Below, piece after piece: positions 1 through 10,099 of a stretch of DNA of 64,000 nt. Below the pieces are notes generated by a model. The model was not told where the DNA came from. It worked only from the letters and a program-made list of their open reading frames with translations, and made no database searches. How positions within the stretch are numbered: position 1 is the stretch's first letter; the number at the start of each line of letters is the position of its first letter. Source of the stretch: an uncultured Prochlorococcus sp. (GTDB taxonomy: Bacteria; Cyanobacteriota; Cyanobacteriia; PCC-6307; Cyanobiaceae). The stretch spans positions 1,487 through 65,486 of the forward strand of contig CACJCK010000006.1 of NCBI GenBank assembly GCA_902591865.1, given 5' to 3'. Position numbers and translations under genes: made by a program.

Positions 1-247
1 GTCGGTTTTTGTTGTTAGCTATATTATAGTTACAAGAAATATTGCTGAAATACCTCCTTCATCAACAATTGCAATTTCAGCATTGTTTTTCTTGTTAGGT
101 CTAGCAGGATTAAGTTTTGGAATATTATCAGCTAGTTGGGATAAAGAGCCTGGATCTTTCTTTGGTATTGAAAATATTCCAATGAACATACAGCGTGCAA
201 AAGAAGCGTTCAAACCTGCGACTCAAAATTTCGAGGATAAAAGTTAA
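1..247 (+). CDS. PAM68/DUF3464 family photosystem assembly protein, 3' part (truncated by window edge)
   Basis: Frame 2 reads SVFVVSYIIVTRNIAEIPPSSTIAISALFFLLGLAGLSFGILSASWDKEPGSFFG...EDKS*, stop TAA at 245-247; the GLSxGILSASWD motif is typical of PAM68; not in ORF track. Confidence 0.8.
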   Translation, partial: SVFVVSYIIVTRNIAEIPPSSTIAISALFFLLGLAGLSFGILSASWDKEPGSFFGIENIPMNIQRAKEAFKPATQNFEDKS

Positions 248-248
248 T

Positions 249-3200
249 CTAGGAAACTAAAGATTTCAAATTAACTTGGAATGAATTATCTTCTAATAAT
301 TTGCATGCTCCTTGAATATCTCCAACACAGAATTGTTCACCAAATTTAACGTAGGTAACACTATTTTTATTTCTTACTGCAGCTAAAACTGGAATCTTGA
401 TTCCACATCTACCTTTATCTGGTTTAAATTTAGTTAAACAGTCTCTCAAAGTATTTTGTACTCTTATATCTGATGCTTGAGAACTTTCAAGATTAATAAT
501 AAGCAATTTAAGGTTATCTATTTCTCTACAATCATCAATTATTAATTGAGTCTTATCACTTTTTTTATCTATTGTTCCCCAAACCAATAATCTAGTATCA
601 GTCAAAAGAAATTCTGATAATCTGACATAGATTTTTGGGAAAACTATTGCTTCGCAACTTCCAGAAAGATCTTCCAGCTGAACAATAGCCATCCTATCTC
701 CTTTTCTCGTTGTAATTTGCTTCAAATCAGGGATCATACCAACTAAAGAGACTTTGGTTCTGTCTTTTGTTTCTTCTAACTGCGAAATGCTAATAGGTGA
801 TATAAGTTTTGCTGGCTTAGTTAAATGCTTTAGAGGATGATCAGATAAATAAAATCCTAAAAGCTGCTTTTCTAACCTTAACTTCTCAATAAGTGAATAA
901 TCATCAACCTTAGCTAATTGTGAATCTGAAAAAGCCACATTAGAAAATTCTTCTTTAGAGTCAAATAGATTTCCTTGTCCTGATAATCTATCACGATTTC
1001 TTGAAGAGGCCCAATTAATAACATGTTCAAGATCTGACAATAACTGAGCTCTATTATTATCATTTGAAAACTCATCTAGTGCTCCACAATGAATTAAAGA
1101 TTCAAGACTTCTTTTGTTAAGAACATTAGTAGGCAAACGGTCGCACAAATCCAATAATGACTTAAAGGTTCCAAAACTATTTCGGTTTTCAATTATATTT
1201 CTTATTGCAGAATCTCCTAAATTCTTAATTGCAGATAACCCGAATAAAATTTGATTATTCTTAATAGTGAAATCAACCCCAGAAAAATTAATGCTCGGTG
1301 AAATAACTTCTATTCCCATGGAATAACAATTAGAAATATATCTTTGCATTTTGTCGCTTGAGCCAGAATTTACGCTTAAGAGGGCTGCCATATATGCAAC
1401 AGGAAAATGAGCTTTTAAAAATGCAGTTTGATAAGTTACGGCACCATAAGCAGTTGAGTGACTTTTGTTAAAACAATATTCTGCGAATAAAACCATTTGA
1501 TCAAAAAGATCATTTGCTAATTTTTCATTTACACCTTTCTTCATAGAACCTTCTACAAAAATATTCCTGTGCTTTACCATTTCAGAAACTTTCTTTTTGC
1601 CCATTGCCCTTCGAAGTAAATCAGCATCACCCAGAGAATAACCGGCCAGGTCTTGAGCAATTTTCATGATTTGTTCTTGGTAAACCATAATTCCATATGT
1701 TTCAGTGAGAATTGACTTAATAAAAGGATGAGGAAAATCAACCTTTTCGTTCCCATTTTTTCTATTTATGAATTTAGGTATAAGGCCTGCATCAAGAGGA
1801 CCGGGTCTATAAAGAGCCAGTATGGACGAAATATCCTCTAGAGAGTTAGGTTTGAAATCCTTAACGACCTGTTTCATACCGGAAGATTCAAGTTGAAAAA
1901 TACCTTCAAGATCTCCTCTCCCGATAAGATCAAAGGTTTTACCATCATTTTGAGGTAATTCATCAATATTTATTATCTTTCCAGTGGATTGATTAATAAG
2001 AGAAACTGTTTTTTCAATCATCGTAAGATTCTTAAGACCCAAGAAATCCATTTTTAATAATCCAAGTGATTCGATATCATCCATAGAATATTGGGTTATT
2101 ATTTGTCCTTCATTATTTCTTTGAAGAGGTACAAGTTCGTCAAGAGGATCTGAAGCAATAACAACCCCAGCAGCATGAACTCCATATGTTTTATTGGTTC
2201 CTTCAATTCTTAAAGCCAAATCAACCCATTTTTTCACCCTACTGTCATTAATATATTTATCTCTAAACTCTTGGCTAGGAGAATTCTTATCAATCATTTC
2301 ATTCAGTTTATAAGGTTTTCCTCTTACAACCGGTATTAACTTAGCCAATTTATCCGCCTCTCCATATGGTATATCTAAAACCCTTGCAACATCTTTTAAA
2401 ACCGCCTTAGAGGTCATTTTATTAAAAGTAATTATTTGCGCTACTTTATCCTCTCCATAACGATTAGTAACATAATCAATAACTTCATTTCTCCTATCAA
2501 TACAAAAGTCGGTGTCAATATCTGGCATAGACTTTCTTGCTGGATTTAAAAATCTCTCAAACAACAAACCATGCTCAACTGGATCTATATTTGTAATTTG
2601 AAGGGCATAAGCCACTAGTGAGCCTGCTGCAGAACCTCTACCTGGTCCTACAGGAATAGAGTTATCTCTCGCAAATTTTATGTAATCCCAAACAACCAAA
2701 AAATAATCTGGGAAACCCATATCTTTAATAATTTTTAATTCGGAAGATAGTCTTTTTTTATAGTTCTCATCAACTTCTGTAAGATCATTTTTTTTTAGTC
2801 TTTTTAAAAGGCCTTTATTAGATAATTGTGTAAGGAAAGACAATGTATCTGTATTTTCGTTAAGAGGGAATTTTGGCATTCTATAATTACCAAACAAATC
2901 AAATACCTCAACCTTTTGAGAAATTTCTACCGTATTATTCACTGCCTCATTAATTGATTGATCATCAATATGATCTTTAAAAAGTTCAAGCATTTCATTT
3001 TCACTTTTAATATATTCTGTACCGGTATATCTCAATCTTTTTTCATCACTTATTAGTTTTCCTGTTAATACACAAAGTAAAGCATCATGTGCTTCAACAT
3101 CCAAACTTGATAGGTAGTGAGCGTCGTTGGTAGCGATGACTTTTATTTGGTGCTTCTTCCCAATTTTTATTAATTCAACATTAACAATTCTATCCTCAAG

Positions 3201-3746
3201 AGACCCGTGATCTTGTATTTCTAGATAAAAATCATCTGCAAATAATCTTTTATACCAAAGAGCAATATCCTGTGCTACGTCTAATCTACCTTTTAAAATA
3301 GCCTGAGGTATCTCTCCACCGAGACAAGCTGTAGAAACTATCAGACCATCGCTATATTTACTTAAAAGAGATTTATCAATACATGGTCTAGAAAATATCC
3401 CTCGACCTCTCATCCCATTTAGGTGACTTATTGTTGTTAACTTCACTAGATTCTTATAACCAATATAATTTTTTGCTAAAACCACCAAATGATATCTTTT
3501 TTCTTTTTTTGGTTGAGGATCGTCAATAGAACCATTAATCACATACATTTCATTACCAATAATTGGTTTTATACCTTTCTCTTTACACTTCTTGACCAAA
3601 TCAAGAACACCATACATAACTCCATGATCAGTAAGAGCTATAGATTCCATTCCTAGATCAGAAGCTCTATCTACAATTTTTGAAATTTGACTCGCTCCAT
3701 CAAGTAAGCTGTAGTCACTATGATTATGAAGTGGAACGAAACCCAT
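249..3746 (-). CDS. dnaE: DNA polymerase III alpha subunit
   Basis: PHP domain LHNHSDYSLLDG, GPGRGSAAGSLV, PDIDTDF, FNKSHS; single uninterrupted ORF; ATG at 3746 preferred over TTG at 3752. Confidence 0.98.
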   Translation of the reverse strand: MGFVPLHNHSDYSLLDGASQISKIVDRASDLGMESIALTDHGVMYGVLDLVKKCKEKGIKPIIGNEMYVINGSIDDPQPKKEKRYHLVVLAKNYIGYKNLVKLTTISHLNGMRGRGIFSRPCIDKSLLSKYSDGLIVSTACLGGEIPQAILKGRLDVAQDIALWYKRLFADDFYLEIQDHGSLEDRIVNVELIKIGKKHQIKVIATNDAHYLSSLDVEAHDALLCVLTGKLISDEKRLRYTGTEYIKSENEMLELFKDHIDDQSINEAVNNTVEISQKVEVFDLFGNYRMPKFPLNENTDTLSFLTQLSNKGLLKRLKKNDLTEVDENYKKRLSSELKIIKDMGFPDYFLVVWDYIKFARDNSIPVGPGRGSAAGSLVAYALQITNIDPVEHGLLFERFLNPARKSMPDIDTDFCIDRRNEVIDYVTNRYGEDKVAQIITFNKMTSKAVLKDVARVLDIPYGEADKLAKLIPVVRGKPYKLNEMIDKNSPSQEFRDKYINDSRVKKWVDLALRIEGTNKTYGVHAAGVVIASDPLDELVPLQRNNEGQIITQYSMDDIESLGLLKMDFLGLKNLTMIEKTVSLINQSTGKIINIDELPQNDGKTFDLIGRGDLEGIFQLESSGMKQVVKDFKPNSLEDISSILALYRPGPLDAGLIPKFINRKNGNEKVDFPHPFIKSILTETYGIMVYQEQIMKIAQDLAGYSLGDADLLRRAMGKKKVSEMVKHRNIFVEGSMKKGVNEKLANDLFDQMVLFAEYCFNKSHSTAYGAVTYQTAFLKAHFPVAYMAALLSVNSGSSDKMQRYISNCYSMGIEVISPSINFSGVDFTIKNNQILFGLSAIKNLGDSAIRNIIENRNSFGTFKSLLDLCDRLPTNVLNKRSLESLIHCGALDEFSNDNNRAQLLSDLEHVINWASSRNRDRLSGQGNLFDSKEEFSNVAFSDSQLAKVDDYSLIEKLRLEKQLLGFYLSDHPLKHLTKPAKLISPISISQLEETKDRTKVSLVGMIPDLKQITTRKGDRMAIVQLEDLSGSCEAIVFPKIYVRLSEFLLTDTRLLVWGTIDKKSDKTQLIIDDCREIDNLKLLIINLESSQASDIRVQNTLRDCLTKFKPDKGRCGIKIPVLAAVRNKNSVTYVKFGEQFCVGDIQGACKLLEDNSFQVNLKSLVS

Positions 3747-3830
3747 ATTCAAATAATTTATATATATAAGATAGAGAAAATTTCTAAAAGATCTATAGTT
3801 TGTGATTACAAATTAATTATTAATACAAAT

Positions 3831-5279
3831 TTAGAATAAAGGTCTGTTCTTAATTACCTGGGCGTCAATTTCAAAGATATTTGCGGCATTCAATATTTTC
3901 TTTTCTTCTAAAACATTGCCTATTAATTGCATTCCTATAGGTAATCCTTTACTATCAAAACCACAAGGAATACTGATTGCTGGTAATCCGGCTAAATTAA
4001 CAGGAACAGTTAATAGATCAGACAAATACATTGAAAGTGGATCATTGACGTAATCACCCTTCAAAAAAGCGGTAGTTGGACAAGTTGGTGTTAATAAAAT
4101 ATCAACTTTCTTAAAAGCATTATCAAAATCTTTTTTTATTAGTGTCCTAACTTTTTGTGCCTTCTTGTAATAGGCGTCACTGTATCCAGCTGACAAAGCA
4201 TAAGTTCCTATCAAAATTCTTCTTTGCACTTCATCACCAAATCCTTCAGCTCTACTTTTTGATGTCATATCAATAAGATTTGCACCTTCTCTCGATCTAT
4301 AGCCATATTTGACTCCATCATATCTAGCTAAATTTGCGGAGGCTTCAGATGGTGCAATAACATAATATGTAGCAATTCCGTCGTTAAATCTAGGAAATTC
4401 AACTTCGATAATTTCAGCTCCTAAAGTTTTGAATCTCTCAACTCCAAAAAGAACAGATTCCTTAACTTCTGGATTGAGCCCTTTGTGTTCAAAACATTCT
4501 TTAATGATTCCAATCTTTAAACCTTTTATAGATTTATTTAAATCAGTCAAATAATTTGGTACTGGTTTATCAAGACATGTTGAGTCAAAAGGGTCTTTAC
4601 CAGATATTGAATAAAGAATTTCAGCCGCATCTGAGACAGTATTTGTAATTGGGCCAATTTGATCAAGAGAGCTAGCAAATGCTACAAGTCCCCATCTGCT
4701 AACTCTGCCGTAAGTAGGTTTAAGACCTACGACACCACAAAAAGAAGCTGGTTGCCTTATTGATCCTCCTGTATCAGAACCTATAGCCGCTGCACAAAAT
4801 CCAGCGGCAACTGAAGCAGCACTACCGCCTGAACTGCCTCCCGGGACTCTTTTAATATCCCAAGGATTTGAGGTGACACCAAAAACAGAAGTTTCCGTTG
4901 AACTACCCATTGCAAATTCGTCTAAATTTGTTTTTCCTAAACAAATACCCCCTGAAGACCATAATTTACTCGAAACTGTGGATTCATAGGGCGCAACAAA
5001 GCTTTTGAGCATTTTACTTGCACAAGTTGTTGCAACTCCTTTGGTGCAAATATTATCCTTTATTGCTATTGGCATCCCCGCGAGAGGAGGAAGTTTTTCT
5101 TTATTTTGAATTAATTTATCAATGTTATTTGCTTGCGCGATAGCATTGTCTCTTGTAGTACAAATATATGAATTAATTTCGGAGTCTTTATGATCAATTT
5201 TGGCAAAAAAATCATTAACTAATTCCTTAACAGAAGCTTTATTGCTGAAAATTTCCTTTCTTAAAGAATTAAAATTCAT
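3831..5279 (-). CDS. gatA: Asp-tRNA(Asn)/Glu-tRNA(Gln) amidotransferase subunit A
   Basis: Amidase signature [33 protein letters not shown]. Confidence 0.97.
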   Translation of the reverse strand: MNFNSLRKEIFSNKASVKELVNDFFAKIDHKDSEINSYICTTRDNAIAQANNIDKLIQNKEKLPPLAGMPIAIKDNICTKGVATTCASKMLKSFVAPYESTVSSKLWSSGGICLGKTNLDEFAMGSSTETSVFGVTSNPWDIKRVPGGSSGGSAASVAAGFCAAAIGSDTGGSIRQPASFCGVVGLKPTYGRVSRWGLVAFASSLDQIGPITNTVSDAAEILYSISGKDPFDSTCLDKPVPNYLTDLNKSIKGLKIGIIKECFEHKGLNPEVKESVLFGVERFKTLGAEIIEVEFPRFNDGIATYYVIAPSEASANLARYDGVKYGYRSREGANLIDMTSKSRAEGFGDEVQRRILIGTYALSAGYSDAYYKKAQKVRTLIKKDFDNAFKKVDILLTPTCPTTAFLKGDYVNDPLSMYLSDLLTVPVNLAGLPAISIPCGFDSKGLPIGMQLIGNVLEEKKILNAANIFEIDAQVIKNRPLF

Positions 5280-5309
5280 TTCTTGATTTATTTCTTAAAT
5301 TAAAAGTTA

Positions 5310-5525
5310 TCAAACAGTTAGTGGTTCTTCTTTTTTGCAGCGAACCAAACTATGTTTAATATTTTTAGACCCTTCATCAGAAAGATCTTTAATAAAAGAA
5401 GTTATATTTTCTTTTAAACTGCGTTTAGTAATAAATGGACCGAACCAGTAAGTACCACTAGGTTGATCTGTCTCAATTTTAGCCCACCAGGCTAACCCGA
5501 GTTTGTTCCCAAAGTTTCTAATCAA
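5310..5525 (-). CDS. DUF1816 family small cyanobacterial protein
   Basis: GLAWWAKIETxxPxxTYWFGPF ... RCKKEEPLT pattern. Confidence 0.8.
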   Translation of the reverse strand: MIRNFGNKLGLAWWAKIETDQPSGTYWFGPFITKRSLKENITSFIKDLSDEGSKNIKHSLVRCKKEEPLTV

Positions 5526-5670
5526 TTTTTTTGGCCTGTAAGACCATCAATTCTTGTTAAATTCTATACAATTTTGTAGTGAAAATTCAATAAATTTTTA
5601 TTAATCATATAAATGTATTGAAACAACAACATTTTAGAGGTTTTTATAACAGTGATTATTAACAAATAAA

Positions 5671-6675
5671 TTATTTACTCGTCAAGTGAAATAGTGATAT
5701 GGCGGCGGCCACAGAGGCGTTTAAACTTGAAGTCTTACCTTTAAGAGGGATGCTCAAAAGATGATCACATTTTTTTTGAGTAAGCAAAGAAATACCCTTT
5801 TCTTCAGAGCCTACTATGACAACTAAAGGTACTTTTTCTAGAAAATTTGAGATAGATAATTGCCCACTACTAGATAAGCCAACAACAATAAAACCATTGT
5901 TCTTAAGCTCCTCAAGTGCTCTATTTAAGTTGACAACTCTACTTACATGCAAGTGTTCTAAGGCACCTGCAGCTACCTTAGCGACTGTACCAGTCAATCC
6001 AGCAGATCTTCTCTGAGGAATAATGATGCCCTTGCAATCAAATGCTTCCGCTGATCTTATAATCGCACCAACATTATGTGGATCAGTTATACCGTCTAAT
6101 GCAAGTATTATAGGATTTGTACAATTGTGTTTAGAAAAATCGATTAATTGTTCTAGGGATATTGTTTTGGAATATGCCAACTGCAATACAATCCCTTGAT
6201 GAGAAGCACCATGAGTTAATTGCGAAAGCCTGTTCCAAGAAACTTCTTCAATGAGCACTCCTTTTAATTTTGAGTCCTTAAGCAAAAGATAGAATTTATC
6301 TGAAGAAAAGATTTCCGAAGTACACCAAATCCTATTAATTGCTCTTTCGCTACTAAGAGCCTCATAAACAGAATGTTTACCCCATATCCAATCATCAAAA
6401 TTTTTCTTATTAGTAAAATCTTGATGATTTTCGGCATTTTTATTAGGAAATTCTGTATTAGATTTAAATATTGGCTTTCTCCTTTTTGAAGATGAAAATG
6501 TATTGTTTTTTTCATTTTTATTCAAATTTTCAATATTTTTATTTTTAGCAAAATTGTTCAAAAATCTTTCATTTTTTTCTGAACCTTTTGTATTTTTTGA
6601 ATAAAAACTAATATCAGAATTTTTTTTGTACTCTTTATTATTTTTTCCGAAATTTTTTTTAAATGAGTTTTTCAT
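5671..6675 (-). CDS. rlmB: 23S rRNA (guanosine-2'-O)-methyltransferase RlmB, TrmH/SpoU family
   Basis: DGITDPHNVGAIIRSA, GSEEKG, SLNASVA SPOUT motifs; K/N-rich low-complexity N-terminus. Confidence 0.92.
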   Translation of the reverse strand: MKNSFKKNFGKNNKEYKKNSDISFYSKNTKGSEKNERFLNNFAKNKNIENLNKNEKNNTFSSSKRRKPIFKSNTEFPNKNAENHQDFTNKKNFDDWIWGKHSVYEALSSERAINRIWCTSEIFSSDKFYLLLKDSKLKGVLIEEVSWNRLSQLTHGASHQGIVLQLAYSKTISLEQLIDFSKHNCTNPIILALDGITDPHNVGAIIRSAEAFDCKGIIIPQRRSAGLTGTVAKVAAGALEHLHVSRVVNLNRALEELKNNGFIVVGLSSSGQLSISNFLEKVPLVVIVGSEEKGISLLTQKKCDHLLSIPLKGKTSSLNASVAAAISLFHLTSK

Positions 6676-6679
6676 AAGT

Positions 6680-7078
6680 TTAATTTATATTTAATTCTAA
6701 ATATTCAAAAAGTGTTGATAGTCTTTGAGGATCTTTTAGAAATAGCCAGCCAATGAGAGTTTCAAAACCTGTTGCTCTAGAATATACTGTAGGGTCTGAA
6801 GACTTTGGATATCTCTTTGTTTTATTTCTAGCACGCCTAATTAGATCAATTTCATTTGAATTTAATAAATGTTCAATTTGACTTAATGATTTTGACTGAG
6901 ATTTTGCTTTTACTTCGTTTACTACAGATAAATGGAGATCTTTAGATTTTAAAGGGAAATGAACATGTCTTAATCTTTGGTGAAGCTCCCATACGGAATC
7001 TCCAAGCCAAGCAAGTTGAATTACACCTATATCCTCGGGAGATCCATAAGGAACCAAGTTTTGAATCCAATAATTCAA
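6680..7078 (-). CDS. mrnC: Mini-ribonuclease III
   Basis: LAWLGDSVWEL and YSRATGFETLIGWL; no dsRNA-binding domain; adjacent to rlmB. Confidence 0.88.
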   Translation of the reverse strand: MNYWIQNLVPYGSPEDIGVIQLAWLGDSVWELHQRLRHVHFPLKSKDLHLSVVNEVKAKSQSKSLSQIEHLLNSNEIDLIRRARNKTKRYPKSSDPTVYSRATGFETLIGWLFLKDPQRLSTLFEYLELNIN

Positions 7079-7440
7079 TTCTTTAAATAATTTAATGCAT
7101 CTTCAAGGCTTGACTTCAAGTTAAGAAAATCCCCTAAACGAACAAGTTTAATTGTTTGGGCCACTCTAGAATTGCCAACGACAGTGAAACCAAGTTTCGT
7201 CTTTTTGCATTCTTTAGCAGTTTGAACAAGAGCTCCTAGACCAGATGAATCTAAAAAATCTATTTTTGTAAGATCTATTACGAATGGAAGCTCATTTTTT
7301 AAATTATTAGTAACAAAAGTCTTAAATTGTTTTTCTGAGAAGGCATCAAGTTGGCCTTTAAAAGTAAACACAAGAATGTTTGTTTTAAACTCAAGGTTTC
7401 CTCTTAAAGAAACCGTTAACTTCTGAAAATCTTCTATGAT
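7075..7440 (-). CDS. STAS-domain anti-sigma factor antagonist, probable non-AUG (ATC/ATA) start
   Basis: IDFLDSSGLGALV motif; frame stays open 23 codons above the GTG at 7371 (IIEDFQKLTVSLRGNLEFKTNIL) to ATC at 7440, preceded by GGAGG at 7451-7447. Confidence 0.85.
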   Translation of the reverse strand: MIEDFQKLTVSLRGNLEFKTNILVFTFKGQLDAFSEKQFKTFVTNNLKNELPFVIDLTKIDFLDSSGLGALVQTAKECKKTKLGFTVVGNSRVAQTIKLVRLGDFLNLKSSLEDALNYLKN

Positions 7441-7501
7441 CTAATACCTCCAGTGAATTAATGTATCAAATGTAATTATCAAATCAAAAGAAAACAATAT
7501 G

Positions 7502-8641
7502 TCAACATCTTTCTAACATTAGAGAAACAAATTTATTAAATAAATAATCTGAATCATGTGGGCCAGGTCCTGCTTCAGGATGATATTGCACACTAAATAT
7601 TGGCTTATTTTTAACCTCTAGGCCAGCCACAGTATTATCATTAAGATTGTAATGGGTTATTTTAACTATATCCTTTGACAGAGAATTAGGATCAATAGCG
7701 AAACCATGATTCTGACTAGTTATCTCAACTTTATTATTTTCACCACAAGGATGATTTAAACCACGATGTCCAAAAGGTAATTTATAAGTTAAACCTCCTA
7801 ATGCCAATCCAAATATTTGATGGCCAAGGCAAATACCAAACATAGGTATTTCACCATATTCAATAAGTGATTTTGCTAAGTCTATACCTTCAGAAACAGA
7901 AGAAGGATCGCCTGGACCATTTGAGAAAAATATCCCATCGGGTTTGTTTGATAAAACATCTTTTACAGAAGATCGATAAGGTAAAACCAAAACTTCACAA
8001 CCATGGGATACAAGTCTATTAAGAATTGAATTTTTAATGCCAAAATCAATTGCCACTATTTTTAATTTTTTAGACGATTCAGCATATCTCTTTCTTAAAT
8101 CAAAAATTGTTTGTGTGTGACTTTTCCATAAATATTGTTTCTTTGTTGAAACTACTTTTGATAAATTTAACCCCTCCATATTTGGAATATCATTAATTAT
8201 TTTTAAACAACTTTCATCAGTTTTATCTAGAGAGGCAATAACTCCATTCATCGCTCCACTAGATCTTAGGATCTTAACTAAAGCCCTTGTATCAATTCCA
8301 TAAAGACCTATGATATTTTTCTCAACTAACCATTGATCAAATTTCTTTTTTGATCTCCAATTGCTGTTATTAGATGAAAAATTTCTCACAATTATCGCTT
8401 TCACATTAATAGTAGATTCTGAATCTTCAAAATTAATACCAGTATTTCCAATCTCTGGATAAGTGAAAGTTAATATCTGGCCATAATAACTTGGATCAGT
8501 AATAACTTCTTGATAACCGGTCATTCCCGTATTAAAAACTATTTCACCAATGGCTGTACCAGAAGCACCAAAAAAGAATCCTGGGAAAACAATTCCATTA
8601 CTTAAAACTAATTTCGCGTTTTTCTTATATGGATTAATCAT
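7502..8641 (-). CDS. carA: Carbamoyl-phosphate synthase small subunit
   Basis: GEIVFNTGMTGYQE, SNGPGDP, GICLGHQ, QYHPEAGPGPHD; start set at ATG 8641 to avoid overlap with trpD. Confidence 0.97.
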   Translation of the reverse strand: MINPYKKNAKLVLSNGIVFPGFFFGASGTAIGEIVFNTGMTGYQEVITDPSYYGQILTFTYPEIGNTGINFEDSESTINVKAIIVRNFSSNNSNWRSKKKFDQWLVEKNIIGLYGIDTRALVKILRSSGAMNGVIASLDKTDESCLKIINDIPNMEGLNLSKVVSTKKQYLWKSHTQTIFDLRKRYAESSKKLKIVAIDFGIKNSILNRLVSHGCEVLVLPYRSSVKDVLSNKPDGIFFSNGPGDPSSVSEGIDLAKSLIEYGEIPMFGICLGHQIFGLALGGLTYKLPFGHRGLNHPCGENNKVEITSQNHGFAIDPNSLSKDIVKITHYNLNDNTVAGLEVKNKPIFSVQYHPEAGPGPHDSDYLFNKFVSLMLERC

Positions 8642-8655
8642 CAATTTTAAATTAA

Positions 8656-9690
8656 TTAATTTGTGGATAAATAATTTCTTAAGAGTAAAAACTTTTTCCA
8701 AGGATCTCCTTGATTAATCGAAAATAAAGCTTTATTAAATCCTTTATTTAAATCATCTTCAATTCCTGCTGCCCAAAGCACTAAAGCTGCATTCAAGGCA
8801 ACAACATCCTTATGAAATTTTTTCCCAGAACCATTTAAAACAGATTTTAATATTTCCTCGTTAGACTCAAGATCAGAAACCATAAGCTTTTCGTTAGCAA
8901 TATTTTTATGATTAAAATCTGAAATATTTATTTTTGAAAACCGTAATTCACCTTTTTCAACAAAAACTAATTTATTTTCTCCTTGAAGCGAAGCTTCATC
9001 AAGGCCACCTGAACCATGAACGACTATTGCTCTGTTCATACCCATTTTTAAAAGCGCGCTTCCCATAGGTTTTAAAAGATCCTCAGATGCAACACCCAAA
9101 ACTTGCGCATTGGGTCTTAAAGGATTTACTAATGGTCCAAGTTGATTAAATACTGTCCTTATTCCAAGGGTCTTTCTTAATGGAGCAAGTTTTATTAAAG
9201 ATTTATGCCAAACAGGTGCGAACAAAAAAGTTATTCCAATTTCACTTACGGCTGTAATTACTTTTTCTAATGAACAATTTAAATTTAAACCAAGATTCAG
9301 CAAAACATCAGCAGAGCCAACCTTCCCACTAGCACTTTTATTTCCATGTTTTGCAATTTTTACCCCACAAGATGCAGCTACAAATGCTACAGCAGTTGAA
9401 ATATTAAATGTATTTGCTCCATCCCCTCCTGTTCCACAAGTATCTACCAAATACAAATTTGGCCTTGCTACTGGTAATTCGCAAACATTTAAGAGTTCCT
9501 CAGCCATAGAACTCAGTTCTACTCCTGTACAGCTCTTAGCTCTTAAAGCACTCAAAAAAGCTCCTGTTTCAACATCTGAAATTTCATCTTTAAGCCATCT
9601 TTGCATTAAAAATCTTGAAGTTAAATCATCAAGATTCCTACCCTCTAACAAATTATTTAGGATTTCAGCGTTTGATAAGTTAGAAGACAT
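8656..9690 (-). CDS. trpD: Anthranilate phosphoribosyltransferase
   Basis: [34 protein letters not shown]. Confidence 0.97.
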   Translation of the reverse strand: MSSNLSNAEILNNLLEGRNLDDLTSRFLMQRWLKDEISDVETGAFLSALRAKSCTGVELSSMAEELLNVCELPVARPNLYLVDTCGTGGDGANTFNISTAVAFVAASCGVKIAKHGNKSASGKVGSADVLLNLGLNLNCSLEKVITAVSEIGITFLFAPVWHKSLIKLAPLRKTLGIRTVFNQLGPLVNPLRPNAQVLGVASEDLLKPMGSALLKMGMNRAIVVHGSGGLDEASLQGENKLVFVEKGELRFSKINISDFNHKNIANEKLMVSDLESNEEILKSVLNGSGKKFHKDVVALNAALVLWAAGIEDDLNKGFNKALFSINQGDPWKKFLLLRNYLSTN

Positions 9691-9722
9691 TTATTTATGG
9701 AAGAAAACTATGCAGATAAAAT

Positions 9723-10019
9723 TTAATTTGAGGTGTCAAAACCTGAGCCAACTAAATCTTTATTTGTATTAGAAGGCCTGAAGCTTTTTGACCAAATATT
9801 TTTTGTTTTTGAAAAAAGTTCATTTTTAGTTATTTTCCAAAATTTTAAAATTTTTTCAATATCACTTTTAATTTCACCTTCTCCATAGAAATTGGTATAA
9901 CGATTTATCAATCTTGCCAAATTTATATAGTCAAGATCTTCTGGTGTTTTTTTAGTTATAAGAGAATCTATAATGTTTTTGTCGGTTTCATGTAATGGAT
10001 GAGTTTGCTCGTTACCCAT
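9723..10019 (-). CDS. Conserved cyanobacterial protein (DUF3288-like)
   Basis: QTHPLHETDKNII...LARLINRY...LFSKTKNIW pattern; start at second Met. Confidence 0.7.
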   Translation of the reverse strand: MGNEQTHPLHETDKNIIDSLITKKTPEDLDYINLARLINRYTNFYGEGEIKSDIEKILKFWKITKNELFSKTKNIWSKSFRPSNTNKDLVGSGFDTSN

Positions 10020-10099
10020 AAATAAATACTGAATCAATTATAAAATTAGCTCACATATTTTAAAATGAAACATTATCTTAATCATATCTCAAAAATAAA

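Noticed and set aside
19-213. 64-aa minus-strand ORF in the track
   Set aside because: Antisense shadow of the PAM68-like gene on the + strand.
249-3752. Intein or split dnaE as in freshwater cyanobacteria
   Set aside because: The ORF is continuous through FAEYCFNKSHS with no inserted intein.
6400-6675. A/T-rich low-complexity tract
   Set aside because: Encodes the K/N-rich disordered N-terminus of RlmB in an open frame; not a repeat element.
8642-8701. N-terminal extension of carA
   Set aside because: Overlaps trpD and precedes the recognisable CarA N-terminus.
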